Of a stretch of DNA of 60,582 bases, positions 47,073 through 59,217 are shown piece after piece. The notes under the pieces were generated by a model. That model saw only the letters and a program-made list of their open reading frames with translations, did not search any database and was not told the DNA's origin. Origin of the DNA: Coniocarpon cinnabarinum (taxonomy: Eukaryota). Position 1 is the stretch's first letter; the number at the start of each line of letters is the position of its first letter. The stretch lies in NCBI GenBank assembly GCA_051942205.1, contig JAVECO010000008.1:186001-246582 (forward strand). The letters are read 5' to 3'. The translations under genes and the position numbers were made by a program.

Positions 47073-49075
47073 TCACCACTTGCGCTTGTATCTTGTAGCG
47101 CGGCCACCGTGTGCAATCATTCCATTGCCGTGCGAACGACTCATGCTGCAAGATGGTTTGCTGTCATCGGCATGCATCGAAGCGATAGCCTGAGGATACT
47201 ATGTTAGCGCAATTGGACATTACGGTCAGAACGCTTCTAAAACCACTCACGAAAGAGTCCGTATTGTGAGCGAAATACAGATATACGCCATGACTCATCT
47301 TCTTCACTGCTAGGACACCAATGGCACCTGCTGAATGGCTGTTGCGAACACTGGGATGACCTGAATGCTGTCAGCTTCTCAACAATGCCTCTAGGAAGGG
47401 TCTGGCAGACTCATAAAGTCCTGCTCAATCATAGCCTTAACAGCCTCGTCGTCGCTGCAAGGCTCCAGACCACCTGCTCGCTTGGCGCGCACGCTGTTAT
47501 ATAGCCGTTCAGCACATACGTTTGCAGCTAACGTAGTTGCCATATGCTCGCCAGTTCCGCTAGTCACGCAGGCCGTAGTCATCCTCGACTTGTCTTCGTT
47601 GTTGGCTGGGCATACGGCTGCTCCAACACCCACAAGGGCTGCTGGTCCAACTCGACCGCGAAACTTCATGCCAATTCCCCCTGAAGAAGCACCGCAGGCA
47701 ATATTGCCCTCACTGTCGATAGCTATCGCACCGACAGTGTCCGTGATCAAATCCTCATCAATCTGCCTCTCGTTCGGAGTGCCTGGAGGGCTTGGTGTAA
47801 TGGACGGCAGAGGCACAGAGCCCGATGAGTCACTGCTCTCTCCTGTGTTGTCTTGATCGGCGGCGTTTCTATCGGCGTAAAAGGAGGCCTGGTACTGCTC
47901 AATGTCAAGATCTGTGTCATCTATATCTCCAATGTCTTCGTCTGCATTGTGATACGAGGACGAGGGGGCATCGATAGCGTCTCGAGTCGCGTCGTATGGC
48001 TCACCGGCGTGATGCTGAGTGGCTTGTGCGGCGTTTGCAGCAAGGCGGTCAGCTGTGAGCGGCAGTGATGGCTTCCGAGCAGAATCCACACTATCAGGCG
48101 TGCCTGGGACAATTGATGGCACAATATGAGATTCCAATGAGGAGTTCCTTGAACGTGTAGAGGTACCACCGACTATTTGGCGCCGTCAGCATGCAGTCTG
48201 GTCTATAGACAACAGTGTCGCTTACCACTGGGTGATCGAAAGCCGGTCGCCGACTCGGGTGGGCTGACTGGTTCGCCTTCATTCCATACGCTGTTTCGGA
48301 GAGATTTGGGCTCAGGGGCAAGGGGTTGACCGGTGCGAGGACGTTCTTCATAGGGAGGCAGTTGAGCCAGGGAGGGTTGTCGCCCAGTCACGGTGTTACC
48401 TGAGGCTTCTCTCTTAGCTCGACGCTCAGCGCTGCGAAGATCTGCCTTCCAGCGGTTCCAACGTTCACGAGCCGCAGGCGAGATCAAAGCGTCGTGGGGC
48501 ACCACAGCCATGCCTTGATCAAAGGCAAAGTCGGTCGCTCCTTGGCCTACCAGGAGATTCGGCGGAACACGTCTGAGTGTGAGTTCGCGATTGGAAAGCT
48601 CTAGGACTTGACGCGCAAGCTGAATAGGATTCTTTATTTCTGACGAGAAATTAGAATGTGTTGTTGTGATGAGTTGCAGAAGCGTACTCACGAGCTACAG
48701 CGCCGACTCCACCACTGCGCCCGAAGTGATCGACGACCACGGCATCACCTTCGACAACGCCATCTATGGCAAGATTGCTGCCGTATCCTGCATTTGTGAT
48801 TTCACGGTCCTCCAGAACTTTGATCGCCATTTCGATTGCGTCTACCGCTCTAGCGCCGTTCCGCAGCAGCGCCATTGCTGCGGTGGCGGCACTACACGAT
48901 TGTCAAAAGAGCTGGACAGTCTTGAGGGCCTCAATCACACTCACTCATTGCAAGCCTGCAAATGGACCGCCTCGTTCTGAACGCTATGATATCCAGCTCC
49001 GGCATGGACGAAGATTGCCGCACAATCTGTGGCTTTTCGGGAGGCTCGCTGAGGGCGGTGGAAGACCGAGCTCAT
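47073..49075 (-). CDS. TASP1: Threonine aspartase 1 (taspase)-like Ntn hydrolase, asparaginase-2 family (multi-exon)
   Basis: IFVHAGAGYHS, LED.EITNAGYGSNL..DG.VEGDA, NPIQLAR, PPNLLVGQGA, autocleavage D/TVGAIA, SSGGIGMKFRGRVGPAA, TSGTGE, FAHNTDSF. Confidence 0.9.
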
Positions 49076-50509
49076 GGTCTGAGGAGGGCGCTGCTACGCG
49101 ATGTTGACTCGATGACAGAGTCTACGGATGGTGAGCAAGTCAAAGCGAGAGACTGCATGTATGGCGAGCGAAGGGATCAATAATGGAGACACACAAGCTC
49201 TGAGGGATGCAAGAAGATAAGAGCTGTGATCAAAGAGAAGAGAAGACAAGAGGGGGACGAGAGAGGCGAGGATAGAGGGAGAGAGGTGAAAGTGGGAGTT
49301 GAAGATGGCATGACGCGCCGCACCATCTTGCCTGTTCACCGCTCCTTCTTCCTCTGCATCGCTCTCTCTCGATGATGAGATGACCATTTTAGGTAGTACA
49401 GCGCGCATGCCACTGCCCGAAGAGACCAGAGACCATCGTCATAATTATCGTGCCAACCAGTTCACTCTGGATGGCGATGCTCACACTGATGCTGGAGAAT
49501 ATGGAACGTTTGTGTTTTATCTTACCCAGACATCTTTGATGCGGCCTCTCGATGACTTCAAGATATAGCCCAATCCTTTCAATGGCGGTTTCATCTCATG
49601 GCTGCCTACCTCAAAGTTTCATTCGACAAAGGGCACCTTCCGACGTGATTGACCAACCTCAGCCTTGACAAAAGAGGCTTGAAGGCAGCGCCTGTTCCAG
49701 AGATAGGATAAAATCCATCACGAGGAAGTTCGCCCTTATATGTGAGAGGTCATTGCATTCACATATGATAGCTCGCTTGAGCTTTCATCCCATTTAGTAG
49801 AAACAAAAGTTTGCTTCTGACCGCCCTTGCCGTCGTAAACAACACGACATCACGTGCCGAAGACCAGGTCGCAGTGCCAATAATCATGGCAGCTACATCG
49901 CACGGGTTCCTTCGCCGTCCGTCAACTTGTAAAAAGTCGGGCTTCTACGAAGCCGTAGCTAAGCAGAATCATGGCCTGACCATAATTTTGACGAACAAGT
50001 CTGCCACACAATGCTCAAGAATGCGAGAGCGGTCAGTGTAGTGACGGATCTCCTTAAACTCATCGAGCACGTTTGATCGTGGCAGACAAGTATTTCTTCC
50101 CAGCTCTGTCACAGCTGCCTCCTTGCACTCTTTGCTTTGTCGCCCCTCAACTCTCATACAAGCGCAATAAGCAGACGAAAGCTTGTCTGCTCAACAGTTT
50201 CGGAAAGGTGAACAGCGCTCAGAGCGTAAAATTTGACCACGTGTGGATTGCTCGAAAAGGTCCAGATATCAACTCTTTGCCTCAGCCATAGCTAACGTTG
50301 AAGCACATAGGATGATTTGTAGCATCCTTCTTCCGCACCAGTCCGCAGCTAACGAAGCACGATATAAACAGGCGGTGAATCGGATGAATCACGTGCTCTC
50401 TCAACTGCCGCAGCGCAAGCCAGCTTTCCAGCAATATTTGCTACTCCAGGACTCCCGTAATCAATGTGAGATGCAGTAAAAGTTGATTGATGACTTCAAG
50501 CCGAGACAT

Positions 50510-51472
50510 TCACAAAGATTCGGGCGCATCAATCCCCATCCAATGAAACTTGCCAAGACTAACCTCATTAAAAGCCGGGTATAATGCATAAGCATTAAAG
50601 TCGGTCATTACCCAACGCAAACGAACGCAATCTGCTTTGATCAACTCCGCAGCGCCGGCTTGGCTATGCGGTACAAACAAAGTGATCGTCTCCAGGTGCT
50701 TCAAGTGTTGGAGTTGCGACCCAATGCGCTCGATCTCTCTTTTACCTCGGGTGGAGGTGGGATGTGAAACGTGGAGGATGATGCGCAGATGTTTCAAAGC
50801 AGTGAAAGACTTCAAGGTGGTCCATACTTGCTCAAACTGATCACTGCAAGACTTGCAGCTCAGCAGTTTCGCTGGGCTTGACAAAGTGAACTGGAGCACT
50901 TGTATCGTTGCAAGCATCCGCTGGCTGAGAAGAGAACTCATCTTGATCGTGTCAAGCGAGCTTTGCCACGCATAGAACTCTGATGAAATGACAAAGCAGT
51001 TCAATCGATACAACGCATCGACCGACTCCTCGTAGATTCCATGGCAGCTGAGCAGTGGACCAAGCACACCCTGGTTCTGGTTTGGGAGTGCTAATCGCGC
51101 ATATTTGCGCAAGACTGGATACTGCTTGTCGCTGCCTTTGCTCCCGGGACCAATCAACTTCCGTATCTCACTGCTATTTTGCACCCAGCGAGTTCGAGCC
51201 CGAAGAACAAATGTCTGTCCACCAAACAGTGACTCATACACTCGAATCCGAAGCTCAGCAGGCAATTTGGAGAAGAAGAGACTCTGCTCTTGCTGTGCTC
51301 GAGGACGGCTGTCCCATGCTTCTTGGAATTCCGCCGTGCGCTGAGTGGGCAGAGGAAGTTCTGGATCAGAATGAAGGTGAACGTCAGGGTCCATCTTTCG
51401 GCTTTGAAAGTTCTTGTCGAGAATGTGACGGAGCATTGCCAGAGGGGAGATCGCAATGCATCCTGTGGCCAA
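50510..51472 (-). CDS. Fungal hypothetical protein with F-box-like 'LPAELR..VY' segment
   Basis: 320-aa ORF with QEQSLFFSKLPAELRIRVYESLFG, LLSCHGIYEES...LY..N.F, LKHLRI. Start uncertain (TTG in the track). Confidence 0.6.
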   Translation of the reverse strand: MATGCIAISPLAMLRHILDKNFQSRKMDPDVHLHSDPELPLPTQRTAEFQEAWDSRPRAQQEQSLFFSKLPAELRIRVYESLFGGQTFVLRARTRWVQNSSEIRKLIGPGSKGSDKQYPVLRKYARLALPNQNQGVLGPLLSCHGIYEESVDALYRLNCFVISSEFYAWQSSLDTIKMSSLLSQRMLATIQVLQFTLSSPAKLLSCKSCSDQFEQVWTTLKSFTALKHLRIILHVSHPTSTRGKREIERIGSQLQHLKHLETITLFVPHSQAGAAELIKADCVRLRWVMTDFNAYALYPAFNEVSLGKFHWMGIDAPESL

Positions 51473-51926
51473 ACTTATAAAGCTCGCTGTGAAGTTAGAG
51501 GATGCTTTCTACTTCTTCTATACCGTGCTCAACGATGTTGCAAAGTTGGCTTGTACAAGATGACGATAACCAGTACATTCATACTCTAGGGAGAAATTGA
51601 TGACCTTGGGGCTGTGCCACGAAATCGATGACATCGAAGGCCAATGGAGGGCGTCGACGGATCACACGCTAGTATCAACAAGGACAAGTGAAGTATTAGG
51701 TTTGGCTCTTAGTGCAACCCAAAAACAAGATGTTTACGATGCCTGCAAAACTATACACGCGTCGGATCAAGGGTCGAAAAGTAGGACCGTGGTTTCCTAG
51801 GACGACACAATTACATTTCCATCAACCTCCAAGGGCGCCGTACGCTAAGAAGCCTATGCAACATATTCCAAAACTCGTCAACCCGTCATTCGTTTGACCT
51901 GATGTTTAAGGCGTAGGGTCTGGCGC

Positions 51927-52764
51927 TCAAGAGAACACGCCTTTCTTGCCATCGAGATTGGAGTCTGTGCGTGGATCAATCTTCTCGCCGAGAGAAGAGC
52001 GAGGCTTCGTCGTGTAGCCATCGCCGCTCAAAGCACCTCCAACGCTACGAGGCTCGCCTTCGAAAGCGTCTTCTCGCTCTTCGCGTCCCTTGAGGGCTCC
52101 GCCCTGCTTCTGGAATTCTTCCATGGTGACTGCAGGGAGTGCAGAAGTGGAGTGGTGCTAAGGATCATCATATCAGTCACGCGCAAAGTCCTGTGAGTCA
52201 CTAGTACATACCTGGGCCGCGTTGTGATGGACTTCATGAATGGGCACAGTAGTGTGGACGACGGCTGGCTGAACGACCTCTGTGACTTGTCAGCACTGCT
52301 TGGGCAACCTCACGAAACACATGGTCACACTGACGTTTTTGAACAACCGGCTGAATCGTTTCATGGACATGATGGTGAATGTGCTCGCCAGCTACTACCG
52401 GTGCCACAGAGTGTGTATGGTGAACGTCGCCGACGACTCGCTCATCCTTAAACTTGGCGGATTCGGCGGCTAGCCGTGTCTTCACATCATCCGGGTCGCC
52501 ATGCTCGAAGCTTCTGTGCTCGATCGGCACCAGATTGTGTTTGTGATCTTCGGGCATCACCTGCTTCTGCGTGATAGGCTGAACCGAGGTGTGGTAGTGG
52601 TGCTGGTGAATCTCCTTGTCGACGGCGGTTGTGACATTCTCGTGCTGAGTACGCTCAACGTTCTCATGAGTGATGCCGGGCGCGATACTTTCGTGCACGG
52701 TAGTATCATGGTGACCAGCCTTGGTCATGAAATCGTCGACGGTTCGTGACGCTTCGGTAGCCAT
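51927..52764 (-). CDS. His-rich 'allergen-like' conserved fungal protein (2 introns)
   Basis: MATEASRTVDDFMTKAGHHDTTVHE.IAPG.THENV...DKEIHQHHYHTSVQP...GEHIHHHVHETIQPVVQK, ending MEEFQKQGG.L.GR...DAFEGEP...KIDPRTDSNLDG. Confidence 0.8.
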
Positions 52765-54131
52765 GCTTGACGAGGCTATGTTGAGTTGATGTGTAGCAAG
52801 GGGATGTAGTTTGCAGGATGTAAGTATATGATGGTCAGTAATGGAGATGTCAAGTGTGAATGAAGGTGAAATGTAGAGGGAGCAGAGATAAGCATAAATA
52901 GAGAAAGGGACAGGGATGTGGCTGATCGCTTTAGGAGGGGTCGTGACCCGCGAGCAGGGCAGGGGCAGTTGCGTCACAGTAGGCAGGTTCAAACGGCGAG
53001 CATGCAGTGGCCTGGTTCGGGCAGCCGCGACACTGACATGTTGACATCAGATCGAAACGTGCAAGGCATAGTTTGTGAGCTCGCGGACAGCCGCTAGTCT
53101 CAAGTGCTGTAGCAACGTCGACCTGTTGGCCGCGGCTGCAAAAGGAAGACTTCCCATTGGGGCGATCTGGAGCCGCCAGAGCATCTACATCGTTTGTTCG
53201 TTGTGGAGTCATCTCGTCGATGCAAGATCCAACGCTTTCACTCATAACGAAAGACTGAAGCATCGTCCAGCCTGGGGATGATCTGTTAGTAGGCCAAGCG
53301 ACCTCAGGAGCAATTTGGAAGAGCTACCCGTGACTCTACACAGCTCCGAGGGACAAGGATGGATTGGGGAGTACTGGGGGATATAGCCCCACTTGACATC
53401 ATCTCCCGCAGGCCTGGTTTGGGTTCTGGGTCATTCACATGTCCCAAAGCTCGGGCCACTGCTTGTTCCAAAGCTACCACGTCTTCCCCTGCAACTTTGG
53501 CTCGATCTGCAGACATGGAGCCCTGCATGTAATTTATGTCCTCCCTGGATATTTGGCAAAGCGTCCGGTTCAGGGCATAGAACAGGCGGTGTTGTGATGA
53601 CTGAAGGGTCATCCACTTGGGTCTCTATTGTGATCTCTCATCTCGGTCAAGCAAAACGGCGGCTCAGGCTAAGCTCAAGTCGTCTCGTCTCGTCTCCACA
53701 ATAATCAATTCAATACTCATGCTAAAGGGGAAGCATACCCGCCCCAGACAAGCATTCATATCTAGATAGATCTCTCCTCTGGCGAATGAAATCCATCTTG
53801 ACACCCTGTGCATTCTGTTCACTGGCTTCAACCATCACAATAATTTCATAGTTCATCTTGCTTTCTCAAGCTTGATACACCCGTTGGCGTAAGAGCCCTC
53901 AGACACTGCTCGCTTACGCAACCTTCACTGCGAGGGAATTTTCTGTTGAATGAAGCTTGGACACAAGATTTGTTGTCACCAGGACTCGTTACTGTTCGCG
54001 CAGTGCTTTGGTGACGTAATTGGCTCTGCAACAGCGGCTACAGCAATCATCCTCTAAGCTCCTGCAACCAACAGATCTCTACCCTACGTCCACACATTCC
54101 GGCCTACTTATTCTGCATTCTTCCATTCGTA

Positions 54132-56359
54132 ATGAACGACGTTCGCAAATTCTTCAATCGCAGGAGCTTGGGGCAAGATGGCACGGGCTCTGCGCGCTTT
54201 CGACGGCGATCAAAGTCACGGCATTCACCAGTCTCACAACCTCAAGACGATCCCTTGACCTCTGCCTACTCCGAACAGCGACCAGGCACGGGGAACGGAG
54301 CGCCTGATAATGGTTCGCCCAATCTGCACAAGTCCATGCCCGGCAGTCGCTCACATGTCGTAGCTGCGGGAACAGAGCAGTTTCATGATGCTGTTCCAAG
54401 GGGTGAGACACTCCCGGGACAGGCAATAACGGTCGATGCCAATGACAGTTCTTCAGAATACGAGCAAAGCTCCAACCCCTATACTCCGAGCTCTGTATCA
54501 TTGCCGGAAGCCGCGGGTCCGTCACGAATCCTACGCAAGCACAAGAGCCTGTATACTCATCCATCTCAAGGTCGAAATTCGTCCTCGCGGTTTGAGGAGG
54601 ACGTAGCAAATCGCAACGTCGGACATCGTGATGTGCCTCCGGTGCCTAAGATACCGGCAGCCGCGCTGAGCGGAGGGCCCAATTCAGGTTATTATGCCAT
54701 TCCTCAGAAGTCAGAGGGCCATTCTGACACCGATTTGAAAGATTCGACGACCAACGCTCAACACGCAAAAGCCGGAAATGAGCTCGAAAGAACCCCAATT
54801 GCTGATCAAGTGGGTGCACAAACTCCGGAAGCAAAAGTATTACGAACTAAACGAAAGACAAAGTTCTCCTCAGCATCATATTACACTCGACAAAATTCGC
54901 CGCCACCTTCATTCAGCAATCATGGATCACTCGTATGAAGAGCATGACTGTCGTCCATGTGCGAGGTACATGCTAATTCCGCCTGTTCGCCCCAACAGTC
55001 AACGAGGTCTGACCAGCATACACCCTACGCCACACCAATCACGACACCTGCCTTCGAGCAGAGCTACTCTAACGTACGATCACTCTTGTTGCATCTGCCA
55101 GCGATGAGACTAAACCACGACATAGGGTGCTTCAACTCCAGCCGCCAAAACGACATCTCTAAATTCGCCTACCAGGAGAAGGACCGACTCCCTTCCGAAT
55201 GAACCAATGATGATAGGATCTACCGCCGCAAGCGGCACGCGAAAAGCCCCAAGTTACGTCCCTCCGCCTGCTGCTGAACTTGACAGATCCGATCATGCGC
55301 AGCAAAAAGCACTCCCGTTCCGCAATGCTGAAGCAAAGAATCCAAGCGGCGTGATGAGGCCTCCAAACTCAGCGCAACCTGCTAAGGGCATCGACAGGTC
55401 CCTCAATGAAGAAATACACGCGCCGATAGGAGGCTCCAAGCCTTCAGGAAATGCAGCACCTGTTGTGGACGGTCAAACACGGCAGGGACCTTCGGAACAC
55501 GCCGATAAAGCATTACTTGTGAACGGAGCGTCTGAGCCACCGTCTCTTGAGGGCATAGTCAACTTACAGAATACTAACCACACCTACATCCACAAAATGG
55601 AAATGCCAGGTAAACTCGAACTGCTCACGCGTGGCTGGATTGGAGCTAATAAACGGGGTAGCTGTTGTTCATGAGATGGTCCAGCCTGAGATCAGTCATG
55701 TCACGCACGAGGTCACACACAAAGACGTCCATACACACGAAATGCGCCACCGCGTACTGCCAATTAAGGACGTAGAAGTCTTGCCTGCTAAACATTTCGC
55801 GCCTCTCGGACCAAATGGGGAGCTCGTTGAGATCGACGAATCACAGATTCCTGGAATCCCTGACGAAAATCAATCGCTGCCAATGAACCACGAACGTGTT
55901 AATAGCAGTAGAGCTTTAAGTGGTCCGCAGTTGCACAATCAACGACCTGTTGATGGGGTGGGTGCTGAGAAGAAGTACATCAACCATCAAGGAGTCCCAA
56001 CAACAGAGACAACTTGGATTCATCCTCCAAGCATAGAAGCAGGCCACGTCACAAAGGCGAGACCCATCGCAAATAGTCCAATATCTGAATATGAGGAGAA
56101 ATCTTCTGGAAGCAGGCAAGACAATGCGAGTGCTCGTGCCTCATTGCCACATGAGAACCGTGGGCAAGACGCGGTTATCGCTGGAAGGGCGCGTGGCGCC
56201 ACTGCTGATGTCCCGGTTGTCAAGAACAAACAATCGCATGCTATACATGCTGCGAAGCCAAAAGTTGAACAAGAAAGTGCTGCAGCTGCAGCACTTCTAG
56301 CAGCAAGACGCGCCGCAGATAAGAAATACCGGTCATTACCTGGGTCCTTTGTCGACTGA
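54132..56359 (+). CDS. Disordered hypothetical protein with a His-rich module (multi-exon; exon boundaries partly uncertain)
   Basis: Consecutive ORFs 54132-54938, 55207-55674 and 55631-56359 separated by intron-like segments (GTATGA..GCTAAT..CAG; GTAAAC..GCTAAT..TAG); motif PPSLEGIVNL.NT....I....P|AVVHE...KDVHTHE..HRVLPI.DVEVLPAKHF, and TETTWIHPP. Confidence 0.65.
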
Positions 56360-56836
56360 ACGTGACGAGCAAGTTGATTGCCTAAACATCATTCACTGAA
56401 AAGGTTGAGCTTTCTGATGTCCTTGTAGTTATTCATGACAGGTCTGCATACGTACTCTCCCAGCTTTGCATGTGGAAACTACCTTCAAGGTGCCTGCCTA
56501 ATGCTTAGCGCGTCAGTTGTATTGAAGTCATGATGATGGCAAGCGCTACTGAGCGGCTCGTCCTATGTGAGTACCTTGTTTGCATGGTGGCGCCTTTAAT
56601 GCGAGCATGTTTTCTCTTCATGACCATGGTTTGCTGTGCACACAATCCACAGATAGCCTTCCAAACGCGTTTCCCTTGGTAGGTGTCCTTCTTTTAAGAC
56701 CCGTTCAACATGAACACGTACATCGCATGAGACGACAGCTGCCAGCTCAACAACATCTGCTGCGAGCACCGCGCCTATCGAAGATCAACACATTTCCTTC
56801 ATCTACCATCCATCGACTCAATAATCCTCTCCATCG

Positions 56837-57709
56837 ATGTACACCATGGATGCTCGTCGCCGCGCGGTGACTTTCCACAAAGACCCCGAAAGCACTCCCA
56901 TGCTCAGCATCGACACGTCCCTCGCCAACGCGGCCGCCAATACCACCAAGCCTGTCGACGTCTTGACGCCCCTCCCTGACTCTCCCCGCCGCTGGTGGGA
57001 TTCCCATCTCGCCTTCCTTCCCACCTCAACCCTCATCCGTCGCCACACCATCGCGCCCCGCGAGCGCCCGCGCTCCTTCCGCCGTCGCAGCAGCCTCCGC
57101 AGCATTTTCTCCTGGACGAGCAGCAAAAGCGGGGGCACCGTCAAGCCCGAAAGAGAATACCACCAGAGCCGCTTCACTGAGCATCTGTTACCCGATGAGC
57201 TGGGTTTCAACTACGAGGATCACTACCTCAGCGCGCCCTTGCCGCCTGGTTCGATCGTCGAGGAGGAGAGTGAGAGTTCGAGCACCTCGTCGAGGAAGAC
57301 GATGGGTTCGAAATTGAAGGAGTGGCCTTTGTCTGGAAGGGCGGAGAAGGCCTTGCAGAATAGTCCGGTGGACTCGCATCATTCGAGGGGTGAGAGCACG
57401 GCGAGCGAGCGCGCGTACGCGGCGTGTGCGACTATTCGGGCGATGACGCCTGAGGGCTTGCCTTTTGATGTTACCGTCTCGAGCAGTGCGCCGAGGGATC
57501 ATCCGTGTCTCCGTGCCAGAGGGGTCCGGTCTCGAACGGATTTGTCGGAAGCACGAATGAGTAATGATGGAGAGGAGCAGGAATTGCTCATGAAGGGCGC
57601 CCGCAAGGATGGCAGACGTGGTCGCGTTGTTACGTGGATGGGGAAGAAATTAGGGCGGTCGAGCACGAAGGGGGAGTCTTCGGAGAGCGTGGATACGTTG
57701 GATTCGTGA
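56837..57709 (+). CDS. Hypothetical protein
   Basis: 290-aa ATG-initiated ORF with coding-like codon usage; S/R-rich, no family recognised. Confidence 0.55.
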   Translation: MYTMDARRRAVTFHKDPESTPMLSIDTSLANAAANTTKPVDVLTPLPDSPRRWWDSHLAFLPTSTLIRRHTIAPRERPRSFRRRSSLRSIFSWTSSKSGGTVKPEREYHQSRFTEHLLPDELGFNYEDHYLSAPLPPGSIVEEESESSSTSSRKTMGSKLKEWPLSGRAEKALQNSPVDSHHSRGESTASERAYAACATIRAMTPEGLPFDVTVSSSAPRDHPCLRARGVRSRTDLSEARMSNDGEEQELLMKGARKDGRRGRVVTWMGKKLGRSSTKGESSESVDTLDS

Positions 57710-57855
57710 TTGGAGCCTTGGTTGGTCAAGACAGTTTCATTTTGTTTGTTCTGTCCGCCATACGCTAGCGAACTATGAGGGTATCAATTATTATAGTCGT
57801 GATTATATCTCATATCCGTCAAGTTGTTGTTTTCATATACGGGCTGCACGCGTCA

Positions 57856-58851
57856 TCATCCATTCTTCTTCATGAAATCCATCAATCCCAGCCCACTGCC
57901 TCTCTGCTCGGCATCTGCTGCTTTACTCTTGGCCACTAGACCCGCAAGCATGTTCTGTTTCCGCAGCTTCGCCCGCGCTTTCGCTTTACCCGCTGCAGAC
58001 TGCGTTTTTGCATCTACCCTCGACGACTGCTTCGGCTTTTCAGCCTCGAGCGTTTGCGTTACTGCTTCGCGGTTCGGCGGTGCGGTGTCGTGTGCCTTGT
58101 GCATGGGTGCAGGTGTGGACGTTGCAATGGCTGGCTGATGGAGTGGCAATCTGGTAGTGGTATTGCAATGCTCACATCGAAGGATTTTTCTCTTCTTTGC
58201 GTCTGGAATTCGTTTCGTCGTTCTCTGCACCCGTTCGCTCATGACCTCGTTTTTCTCCTGGTGCGTCGCTTGCTTGCTTGTCTCGTCTTCTGTACGCTCC
58301 TGATCCCATCGCGCCATCACATCTTTCATGACGCCCGCCCATTTTTCTCCCTGCTCTCCAGCAGTCTGAAACTCCCTCTTCAACTCTAGATCCTGGAACC
58401 ATACCCCATCCTTGTCTGTCGCTTTCGTCGCGTGAACAGTGTCGGGCTTCGGTCCCCATTCAGGCTTCCTACGCTTGCTCTTCCTCGGCTCCTTTAATCC
58501 CCTTTTCGCAGCTCTAGTATCTTTGGACGAAGGAATAGTTTCATAGCGTGTGGTCACGCTCCAACCTGGAATAAGCGGGTATCCGCAATGATGACACCAT
58601 TTCTGCGCGTATGCGCCTGAACTTGGGGTAAACGCGGGAGGAGCAGTCTCAGAGGAAGCGGCAGAGCGTGAGGTCGCTCTGGTGGTGTTGCGCTTGCGTT
58701 TCCGTGGGTTAGGTTGTTGGTGGGAGAGGTGCTCGTGGCCGAGATAAGCAGCGGTGTTGGGTTGGAGAAGGGAAGATTGCGCGAGTGTCTTGAGATGTGA
58801 TGAGGTGCGTTTGGCTAGGTCGGTCTGTGAGATTGGGGATGTTGTGGACAT
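57856..58851 (-). CDS. Rpr2/Rpp21/Snm1-like zinc-ribbon protein (RNase P/MRP subunit family)
   Basis: HLKTLAQ...AAYLG, WCHHCGYPLIPGWS and ILRCEHC form two CxxC pairs with the LIPG motif; basic tail ending GLGLMDFMK. Confidence 0.6.
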   Translation of the reverse strand: MSTTSPISQTDLAKRTSSHLKTLAQSSLLQPNTAAYLGHEHLSHQQPNPRKRKRNTTRATSRSAASSETAPPAFTPSSGAYAQKWCHHCGYPLIPGWSVTTRYETIPSSKDTRAAKRGLKEPRKSKRRKPEWGPKPDTVHATKATDKDGVWFQDLELKREFQTAGEQGEKWAGVMKDVMARWDQERTEDETSKQATHQEKNEVMSERVQRTTKRIPDAKKRKILRCEHCNTTTRLPLHQPAIATSTPAPMHKAHDTAPPNREAVTQTLEAEKPKQSSRVDAKTQSAAGKAKARAKLRKQNMLAGLVAKSKAADAEQRGSGLGLMDFMKKNG

Positions 58852-59217
58852 GGGTATGAGGTTGCTTTTGGAGCTTGTCGGCGTTGCGGGAGTTTGAATA
58901 TGAAATTGAAGCACGTGACCAGAGCTCTTACCAGCGAGATATCATGCCTAGCATCAACGTGCATGCGCTTAATTGTCCGCAACTACTGTATGATGGTCAT
59001 TTTTGACAGACATCATGCGTGAGTATTAGCCGCTAACTTGCAAAGGGCATGAATATAGCAGGACCAATGTGATAAGAGCATGTAAACTGGCCTACAACCT
59101 AGCTAACGCGCAGGTAACCGTATCGAGGCTACCCGTCTTTTATTTGTTCTGGCTGTACTAAATACTAGAGCAGCACCCGTACAACAATCGTTGGAGTCAA
59201 GCTGACGACCAGACGTC

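Noticed and set aside
49400..50500. Short ORFs upstream of the taspase gene
   Set aside because: Could not assemble a gene or find repeat/transposon hallmarks.
53304..53612. 102-aa minus-strand ORF between the His-rich gene pair
   Set aside because: No recognisable family or splice context; it cannot be supported, though a small gene is not excluded.
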